A stretch of 47,128 nucleotides of DNA from an uncultured bacterium (GTDB taxonomy: Bacteria; CSSED10-310; CAZUFC01). Below are positions 40,130-47,128 of this stretch, one piece after another; within the stretch, counting starts at the first letter, position 1, and the number at the start of each line of letters is the position of its first letter. Made by a program: the position numbers and the translations under genes. Location of the stretch: contig CAZUFC010000064.1 in assembly GCA_964619725.1 (NCBI GenBank), positions 1 through 47,128 of the forward strand, given 5' to 3'. The notes under the pieces were generated by a model. The model was not told the DNA's origin, made no database searches, and saw only the letters and a program-made list of their open reading frames with translations.

Positions 40130-42880
40130 TTAATGTAGCGCCAGAATATGAAGGAAAAAAGGCGCGTTGACTTCTACATCAGGTCGATTGACGTGACAGA
40201 TTACTGCAGGACTGCCGACATTGATGACTGCGCTGTTTTCTGCAGCTCCAGTTGCGCCGATAAAAGCTAATCCCTCTTCAGCATTCATTTTCAGCATTGC
40301 GGGACCGCCCGCTGCATCAAGACCCTGGATGATAATTCCGGCTTCATGTTGCTCCGGGGATCCTGCGACAGATGCGGCGATAATGGAGTTTCCTGGCATA
40401 TTTTCAGTATAAGTGATGAGATAATCGCCCGAGTCATCTCTTGTAAAGGGAATAAGACCTCTATCCAGCAGCGTGCCCTCGTCTTGATCTAAAGAGACGA
40501 TGAACAATCCGGAACATGGTGCGCTTAAAATGCTCCCGGCGAATAAAATGTCGGCTCGATATTCATCGTTTATTTTACCGCTTCTGACGGTAATTTGTAC
40601 CGGAGTTTCTACTCCTGTTGATCCGATGAATTTCGTCCTTTTCCGTGCATTGCGGATGACAAGTTCATTTATTTTGAGAGGAATAAGCGCTTCAGGGCGG
40701 AAATTGCGACGAACAGGAACGGGAGAATCCAATCGGATACGGCCTAAGTTTTTATCGTTCAGCGCCAGGTCCAATTCAATGTTTTCCGGCATTAATCCAT
40801 CCCAATGAAAAGGAGAAATTTCGATTTCCAGCGTTTTCGTTTCATTTTCCGGACGAAAGAAGACCGTTTGCTCAATTTTCTCTCCGACGACGAACGGATT
40901 TTTTGCCTCCGGATACCTCTTGCCCCAACCCGGGGCAAGGTTTTTATTCGCATGCGGCGTTCCGAAACGGACCATCTTTTCACCGGGCATCTGCTCGCAT
41001 TTCCACGCTGCGATATGCTCGCTTTCCGTCTTCCGTTTTTTCAATCCCGGCAGTTCGTCCAACTGTTTCTTTAATCTTGCGATGGTCTTCTCTCTCAGCA
41101 ACGGACTGTTAATCCCATGAAACTTTGCCTTTTGATGGAGGACTATCCATTTAACGTTAAAAAATTGGAGCGTCTCACGGACTTTTTTTTCGGAGGGCAT
41201 TGAATATTTTTCCGGTTCAGTCAGATATGAGACCAGAGGGATGTTATGGAAATATTGGATCGTTTTCCAAGGAATACGGGACAGGTGTCCTGTCAGGATA
41301 GGGTTTTCATGAGCGCTTTGGTAGTATTGGAAAACGGTTCTTTCATAGGGGTCTGAATAATTGCCGGTCCTCCATCCTAAAGGAACGTCAAGAACTGTTC
41401 CCTCTGCGCCGGCAGACTCTATATGTCGATAAATTCCGGGAATGCCGGCATCGCTGACAGGATAGGGTTGCACCATGAATTCAAATGCCGTCAGCAGAAA
41501 TATTCCGAGAATAATAAAGTTCTGTGAAGCGACCGTCAGTCGGCTTCTTTTCATCCATTCTGACAGGCCTGTCGCTGCAAGCACAGACAGGGACAGGACG
41601 ACCAGGATGCTGAAGCGTCCCGGCATCCTGGCGGCGCCCGCCAAGGGTATTTTATAGAAAAGGATAAAAGGCAACGGGACTTTTAATGATTTTCCGAATA
41701 GGCTGAAGTTTTCTCTGCCGTTTATGTGCAGATATGGTCCGAGAGCAAGCAGGAAAGAGAAAACAAGTAATATCCACCAGAAGTTACGATGTTTCACGGA
41801 GGATTTTTTCCAGGGGTGCGCGAAAAGGATCACGATGAAAAAGGGCGTCAAACCGATATGATGGACCCATTCGTGCGGGTGACCGGAAAAGTTGAAAGTG
41901 AATTTTCCGCAGGGCGAGCCGTATTGAATATAAGCTGTCCAGTCCTCTAACGGAATGCTCCTTTCATCCCACGAATAGGATAGATCGAGTTCGGCAGGCC
42001 GTTTTCCGAATACCGGATGAATTGGTGAAAAAACAAACCAGCTAAGCAAATCAGCCGACCATCTGGCGCTGTCGCTTAAAGGCGGTTTCTGAAATTGGGA
42101 GTCCTCTTTCATCTGTTGAAAGGCCGGAAGAAGTATTGGAATAAAACCGAAAATGAACAAAATAGGTGCGATCAATGAACGCTTTAACGGCTTCCAGTAA
42201 AGCCTTCCGTTGATTATAATGAAATACAAGATGAAAATGGCGAATCCGTAAAGGGCATAGACGGCATAATAGTAGGAACTGTAAGCAGTTAACAACAAAA
42301 AGATTCCTGCTGCGAAGGCATAAGGCAGCGAACCGCGCTTAAAGTAACCTGATTGCTTTTCGAGGGGTAAACTCGTCCTCCTGATTATTTCGAACAGGCA
42401 AAGAAAGAAAAAAGGAAGCCATTGAGTGTTCAGAAGATTCATATGGCCTAGGCCGTGAGCGGTTCTATAAGGACAGAAGGCGAAAATGAAACCGGCGAAG
42501 AGTGACGGAAGAAATTTTTTCGTCAACCGGAAAGCCAGGCAGTAAGCGCCTGAGCCGCTTATGATGAAAGTCAGCAGAAACAGGGCATTGTAAGCAGCCG
42601 GCAAATTTGTGATGAATTGCAGTCCGACGGAAACTAAACAAACAAACGGACTGAAGGTATGAAAAACCAGCGAACCGCCCAGGGGATAAAGGATGAATGG
42701 ACAAAATAAAGGACAGGCGGCGGTTGAGAGCGATTCTTTCATCCACCAGAAATTCCACAAAAACATGTACGAATCATCACCCCAGCCCGCGATATGAGTA
42801 TCAAAATTCATAAGTACGGGATAGAACCAAAGAATCGTAATGCCGCACAATACGGCAAAGGCTGTTGATGCCTTTTTCAT
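40130..42880 (-). CDS. Polytopic GT-C-type (YfhO-like) membrane protein with C-terminal ILEI-like domain
   Basis: GDDSYMFLWNFWW, FAFCPYRTAHGLGHMN, SADLLS, ARMPGRF, QYYQSAH.PI.GH.SR; C-terminal GLFIVSLD..LAFIGATGA. Confidence 0.78.
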   Translation of the reverse strand: MKKASTAFAVLCGITILWFYPVLMNFDTHIAGWGDDSYMFLWNFWWMKESLSTAACPLFCPFILYPLGGSLVFHTFSPFVCLVSVGLQFITNLPAAYNALFLLTFIISGSGAYCLAFRLTKKFLPSLFAGFIFAFCPYRTAHGLGHMNLLNTQWLPFFFLCLFEIIRRTSLPLEKQSGYFKRGSLPYAFAAGIFLLLTAYSSYYYAVYALYGFAIFILYFIIINGRLYWKPLKRSLIAPILFIFGFIPILLPAFQQMKEDSQFQKPPLSDSARWSADLLSWFVFSPIHPVFGKRPAELDLSYSWDERSIPLEDWTAYIQYGSPCGKFTFNFSGHPHEWVHHIGLTPFFIVILFAHPWKKSSVKHRNFWWILLVFSFLLALGPYLHINGRENFSLFGKSLKVPLPFILFYKIPLAGAARMPGRFSILVVLSLSVLAATGLSEWMKRSRLTVASQNFIILGIFLLTAFEFMVQPYPVSDAGIPGIYRHIESAGAEGTVLDVPLGWRTGNYSDPYERTVFQYYQSAHENPILTGHLSRIPWKTIQYFHNIPLVSYLTEPEKYSMPSEKKVRETLQFFNVKWIVLHQKAKFHGINSPLLREKTIARLKKQLDELPGLKKRKTESEHIAAWKCEQMPGEKMVRFGTPHANKNLAPGWGKRYPEAKNPFVVGEKIEQTVFFRPENETKTLEIEISPFHWDGLMPENIELDLALNDKNLGRIRLDSPVPVRRNFRPEALIPLKINELVIRNARKRTKFIGSTGVETPVQITVRSGKINDEYRADILFAGSILSAPCSGLFIVSLDQDEGTLLDRGLIPFTRDDSGDYLITYTENMPGNSIIAASVAGSPEQHEAGIIIQGLDAAGGPAMLKMNAEEGLAFIGATGAAENSAVINVGSPAVICHVNRPDVEVNAPFFLHILALH

Positions 42881-43018
42881 GCTTCCCTGGCGGAGATATC
42901 GCTCTCGTCCGTCGACTCTATTTTTAAATGATTCTTCCAGCAGAAAAGTTCCATGAAAAAATTTACCCTTGCCGATACATTTTTACTCCGTTTGTCTTTA
43001 AAACAATCAAAATATTGC

Positions 43019-43807
43019 TTATCCGCTTATCTTCTGACATTGCGGGCAGACATATGCGCTTCGCTGATTTACTTTGACCTTTTCCAGTTTTTTCCCGTCC
43101 CGGGGACAAAGGCCGTCCCCGCGGCGATGAGGAATCACGAAATGTGACGGCATCCGCCCTGGATCAGCCTGCACATCGATAGCTTTTTCCAGCGTTTCCT
43201 TAATGTTATCAAAAAGGTCGGCCAATTGTTTTTCAGTTAATTCTTTCACTTCCGTCTTAGGATGCATTCGGGCCTGGAATAGCGCCTCGTCCGAATAAAC
43301 ATTACCGATGCCGGCGAAAATTTGCTGGTTCATGAGGGCGGATTTTATAACGCCGCGCCTTCCTTTCATTTTTTCGATGAATTCCTTTTTATCGATCATG
43401 AGAACATCAGGTCCAAGTTTCTGCTGTTTTATATACTGTTGGGGTTCTTTCACCATCATCACTTTTCCGAGCATGCGCATACTGACGTACGCCAGGTGAT
43501 ATCCGTTTGTAAAGCTGAACAGAATTCGAGTATGTTCGGGCGTTTTTTCAATATCTTTGAAGTATTTCAACCTGCCGGTCATTCCGAAATGAAATAGCAA
43601 AAAATCATCATCCATTTTAACGAACATATTTTTGCCGTGGCGGAAAGCAGCGAGAAATTCTTTTCCCTTGAGGTTTTCCTTTAATTTACGTGTAGAAATG
43701 CCTTCCAGCGCTTTTTTATTTTTTACATCAACGTTTTTAATTTTTTTGTGGAGCGAAACGGCTTCCAGGTATCGTTTGAAAACTTCTATATCAGGAAGTT
43801 CAGGCAT
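43019..43807 (-). CDS. Fpg/Nei family DNA glycosylase
   Basis: PELPD, RHGK, HFGMTG, H2TH LMNQQIFAGIGNVYSDEALFQA, finger CPRD..QRSAYVCPQCQ; SD AGGAGG. Confidence 0.92.
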   Translation of the reverse strand: MPELPDIEVFKRYLEAVSLHKKIKNVDVKNKKALEGISTRKLKENLKGKEFLAAFRHGKNMFVKMDDDFLLFHFGMTGRLKYFKDIEKTPEHTRILFSFTNGYHLAYVSMRMLGKVMMVKEPQQYIKQQKLGPDVLMIDKKEFIEKMKGRRGVIKSALMNQQIFAGIGNVYSDEALFQARMHPKTEVKELTEKQLADLFDNIKETLEKAIDVQADPGRMPSHFVIPHRRGDGLCPRDGKKLEKVKVNQRSAYVCPQCQKISG

Positions 43808-44073
43808 TTTGTCTCCTCCTTGATTGGATAAAGCTGAAAAACAAAGCGGGAATAATCCTTTTTTAAGTCAGAGAGATTATCATTTTTTTTTCCGGCAGGC
43901 GTATTCAAAGCAGATTCATAATGAGAAAACAGGCCGGTTTGAACTTACAGAATTTAATCATGTTAACCTTTCCCTGCTGTTCGATTTTTATAAAATTCGC
44001 AGTGAATGTCAAATGCAGGCAAATAACATCAGGCGTCAGCGCGGGAGAAAAGAGAAAGATCGCCCGGGCTCCC

Positions 44074-44340
44074 CGGCATGCCGAATGAAAAATGAGTTTA
44101 TGGGCATTGATCAAAAAAGCCTTTTTTGAGGTTACAATTCGACAGAATCGTCTGTCATTTTGTTTCGATTTCGATCACGATAGCGATACCGATTGCGATA
44201 CCGACCCCGGAACCGATTGCGATACCGACCCTGACCCTGACCCCGACCCCGATACCGATTGCGATGTCGACACAAATTGTCAAAAGTTTTGAAAGAATTG
44301 TAACCCCGGCTTGATCAGTCCCAGTTTATGGACACGCGCT
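44074..44340. repeat. Repeat family B end, interrupted by MITE A copy 3
   Basis: Removing 44103-44330 restores CGGCATGCCGAATGAAAAATGAGTTTATGGACACGCGCT, similar to 4592-4629 and 47056-47074. Confidence 0.65.
44103..44322 (+). mobile_element. MITE family A, copy 3 (220 bp, 18 hexamer units)
   Basis: Exact 8-bp direct repeat AGTTTATG at 44095-44102 and 44323-44330; TIR GGCATTGATCAA / TTGATCAGTCCC (10/12); inner IR GGTTACAATTC / GAATTGTAACC; CGANNN hexamer array 44166-44273. Confidence 0.92.
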
Positions 44341-44652
44341 GACGAATTTTGTTTCTCAGGGTTTCTTTGGTATATTAATAGGGTCTATCAAATGCGAGGG
44401 GACCTACCAAACAAAGGCGCTAGCTGGTTTCGGTTCAAAATTCTGAGTTTCTTTCATTATCCTCATTGAAAAGCGGTAATATCTGCATCTCTGCTATGCA
44501 TACGAATTCGACGACCAGAAGACAAGGCACCGGAAAATCAACGGAGGATAATTGACTGCGGATAAGCCGGGTAAGGCTGTAATCGGTACCTTCCTCGCCA
44601 ATTCCAATCATTTTCTGCTGTATTCGGCAGGAGCAGAGAAGAGGAGTATATC

Positions 44653-45237
44653 ATGAAGAAAAAAGAAAAACTCAGGGACGGTGAAGAAGTCGTCATCCGA
44701 GAATGGCACAGGGAAGATATGGATCGTTCCTACCATTTCTTCAATTCCTTACCGAAGGAGGAAAGGCGTTATCTGAGAATAGACGTGACAGATCGCAAGC
44801 AGTTGGAGAAAAAACTGAGTACGGTTGAAACGGGCGATGATGTCCGATTAATTGCACTGCAAGATGACGAGATCATCGGTCAGGGAACACTGGAAATTTC
44901 GCCGGAAGGATGGCGGGAGAGTCAGGGAGAGCTTAGGGTTTTTGTTGCAGAACCATACCGGCTTAAAGGATTGGGAACGATACTCATAAGGGAGCTGTAT
45001 TTTATCGGCGTTCAGCGAAAGTTGAAAATGATCGTCGCTAAACTGATGAGGCCTCAACAGGCCGCAAAGAAGATATGCCGCAGTTTCGGATTTCAGGAAG
45101 AACTGATGATTCCCAACTACGTAACGGATCGAGACGGCCATCTGCAGGACCTGGTGATCATGGTTTGCGATATTGATGAGATGTGGCAAAGACTGGAAGA
45201 GCACTACGAGCAGACGGACTGGCGCAGATGCCGGTAA
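44653..45237 (+). CDS. GNAT family N-acetyltransferase
   Basis: LRDGEEVVIR, VFVAEPYRLKGLGT (motif A), SFGF; SD GAGGAG. Confidence 0.85.
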   Translation: MKKKEKLRDGEEVVIREWHREDMDRSYHFFNSLPKEERRYLRIDVTDRKQLEKKLSTVETGDDVRLIALQDDEIIGQGTLEISPEGWRESQGELRVFVAEPYRLKGLGTILIRELYFIGVQRKLKMIVAKLMRPQQAAKKICRSFGFQEELMIPNYVTDRDGHLQDLVIMVCDIDEMWQRLEEHYEQTDWRRCR

Positions 45238-45258
45238 TAAAAGGATTTGGCGGTAGAG

Positions 45259-46791
45259 TTATTTCAGGACGAGGCAATGCAGGCCGCCTTCACCTGCGGG
45301 ATAATTGGCTACTTCTATAACCTTTACCCCGTGTGATTCATATATTCCTTTTAATTTAAGAAAGTCAGGATTAGGATTGTCCGGCGCCGTATGCAATTCG
45401 GTCCAGAGATTCTTGAAAGCGGGTTCTATGGAATTCCAGAATTTTTCAGAAGGTTCGGCAGCCCATTTTTCAACGGCTGTATTGAGTTTTTCAAAAGAGA
45501 TAAGGAGTTTCTGATTCGGGTCGGGTTCTGTTTCCTTTGTTGAGGGGATGTGGCGTGGGAATTTGCCCAGCATCACAGTTTGTGTTCCGGTTTCAGGTTC
45601 TATATATGCAATAGCGTTTACCGGGTTCCTGACCGGGTTATCTCTAAAAGGAAGCCGCACTACTTCATAGCCGCGATTTTCCAATTGTTTGCTGGTCATG
45701 TCGTATTCCCGCTGAATATTGATCCATAGTTCTTCATTCAACGGAGCATTCGTATCGGCATCAATGGGTCTCTGTTCGTAAGTCGGAACGAAAGCGACGG
45801 TTTTTGAACCCTTTCTGACGATATTAACGATCATATCCAGATGAAATAATTCGTCGCTGACCATATGAGGATACGTTAATGCTTCCTCCCCTGCTATGAT
45901 GGTTTCCAGGTTGAAAAACGCTTTGCTGTAATGTTCCCTGGTTTCTTCAATCAGGTCGAAAGGAATAACCTGCCCCAGGAAACTCTGTTCATATTTCGTC
46001 TCTAGGTATCGAAGAACTCTGTGCCTGCCGATAATCAAGCCTAGTTTCCCGTCAGGCAGCCAGACCAGGCTTAAATCTCCGCCCTCAGGATCGATCCCTT
46101 CATAGATGCTCAGTTCGCCCAATCGGCAGATGACGAAATCGTCCGGGTAACTCCTGGCCAGGCTCACTGCAGAATTAAGATGGGGATAAACCTGATTGAC
46201 TCCGATTCCCAGTACCGTCCGTCCCTTACGGTCATAACCGATGACTTCTCCAATATCCTGTAAGTAAATTATTGCAGCAGGCGCTTTGAAAAAACGTATT
46301 CTTTTGCGGATATCATCTTCAGACCATCTGAGTCTTTCCGACAAATAAGACCGGAACAGCTCATCCTCAGTCCCGCTCGCTTCAAGCACATAAAGGGGAT
46401 CGGGAACAGCCACGAAGAAGACCGAGTTCGCAGGCATGTCCGTCATTATGCTGCCGTGCGTAAATTCAAAATTGAGCCAGTAAACCTGACGTCGTATATA
46501 ATCCGTTTTGGATGTTTCATAACCCTCATCAAAAATCGTCGTCTCCGGCAACAGGTAATAATCCAGGTTCAAGGGTTCCAGGCCTATGACCACTCGATTT
46601 AAATGCCTTTCGGAATCGGGCAGGAGAACATAACCCTTTTCAGGTATCCGAAGAGGTTGAAACGGTTCCGAAGCGATGACGTTTAAGCAGAAGAATAAAA
46701 TACAAAAGATCATAGGGAACCATAGGACCCATGATCGTTGACTTACATTGTGAATTTCCTGTTTTTTTGTTTTTTCAATGAAAAATTTCAT
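45259..46791 (-). CDS. Exported pentein-fold (amidinotransferase/deiminase) protein
   Basis: YLQD, EGGD, FHLDM and C-terminal GEGGLHC catalytic-type motifs; hydrophobic N-terminal segment ending VIA-SE; start uncertain (46854, 46791 or later). Confidence 0.75.
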   Translation of the reverse strand: MKFFIEKTKKQEIHNVSQRSWVLWFPMIFCILFFCLNVIASEPFQPLRIPEKGYVLLPDSERHLNRVVIGLEPLNLDYYLLPETTIFDEGYETSKTDYIRRQVYWLNFEFTHGSIMTDMPANSVFFVAVPDPLYVLEASGTEDELFRSYLSERLRWSEDDIRKRIRFFKAPAAIIYLQDIGEVIGYDRKGRTVLGIGVNQVYPHLNSAVSLARSYPDDFVICRLGELSIYEGIDPEGGDLSLVWLPDGKLGLIIGRHRVLRYLETKYEQSFLGQVIPFDLIEETREHYSKAFFNLETIIAGEEALTYPHMVSDELFHLDMIVNIVRKGSKTVAFVPTYEQRPIDADTNAPLNEELWINIQREYDMTSKQLENRGYEVVRLPFRDNPVRNPVNAIAYIEPETGTQTVMLGKFPRHIPSTKETEPDPNQKLLISFEKLNTAVEKWAAEPSEKFWNSIEPAFKNLWTELHTAPDNPNPDFLKLKGIYESHGVKVIEVANYPAGEGGLHCLVLK

Positions 46792-46914
46792 TTTTTCCCG
46801 GCGACGACTCCTTACCACCTTCAACATTTTACTTATTCCATGAAATACAGTCAATTTTTATCATGCATATTCGACTGATATTCGCGCTTTTGAGCACGCT
46901 TTTGTGAATTTTTT

Positions 46915-47075
46915 AAGACAAGGAAGGCAGGAATTTTCGAAGGAGTCGTAACCTGTCCGGCTGAAGCCTTGAATTCATTGATAAACAAAAAAATCGCTCA
47001 TTTCTGGATCAAAAACCGCAGTGACTGTCCAGCATTAAATTTTGAATCGACAATCGAGTTTATGGACAGGCACTA
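46915..47075. repeat. Repeat family B copy (left boundary uncertain)
   Basis: Aligns with 4522-4630; ends GAGTTTATGGACAGGCACTA. Confidence 0.65.
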
Positions 47076-47077
47076 AT

Positions 47078-47128
47078 TAGTTTTTGTCCATAAACGGCGA
47101 ATTTTTCCCAATACTGCGTCAGTCTTCG
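47078..47128. repeat. Start of a further family B element running off the window
   Basis: TAGTTTTTGTCCATAAAC is a near reverse complement of the adjacent GTTTATGGACAGGCACTA end. Confidence 0.55.

Noticed and set aside
44166-44273. Hexamer array as a CRISPR or DGR template
   Set aside because: Period is 6 bp with no unique spacers, cas genes, reverse transcriptase or adenine-specific variant copy in the window
44092-44314. ORFs encoding DxDxDx (44092-44292) and IPIAIP (44126-44314) low-complexity peptides
   Set aside because: They are translations of the MITE hexamer core with TTG starts and no clear SD; other copies do not keep equivalent ORFs

Overview
Bacterial chromosomal window with no rRNA, tRNA, CRISPR array or transposase that I could identify. 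Bases 1-15.8 kb hold mostly ordinary signalling and envelope genes: a hybrid histidine kinase, NamZ, an orphan Cache-HAMP sensor, two PilT ATPases, an oppD-oppF-exbB-exbD-exbD-tonB operon, an ECF sigma factor and a GAF protein. Bases 16-34 kb are a surface-protein region. Its main feature is a non-cellulosomal cohesin-dockerin pair: a 1988-aa beta-helix repeat protein ending in dockerin plus cohesin, and a 3-cohesin mini-scaffoldin with an IPTL-CTERM-like anchor. The region also has other beta-helix proteins with interchangeable C-terminal tails and one protein with an internal IPTL-CTERM-like signal followed by a second signal peptide. Bases 34-47 kb encode a protease closely resembling plant NAL1, three GT-C-type membrane glycosyltransferases, a second Fpg/Nei glycosylase, a GNAT and an exported pentein (PAD-like) enzyme. 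Two families of non-autonomous repeats are present. One is a MITE with 8-bp target-site duplications and a variable hexamer core, and one of its copies is nested in the end of the other family. All family assignments come from motifs recognised by eye; no searches were run.
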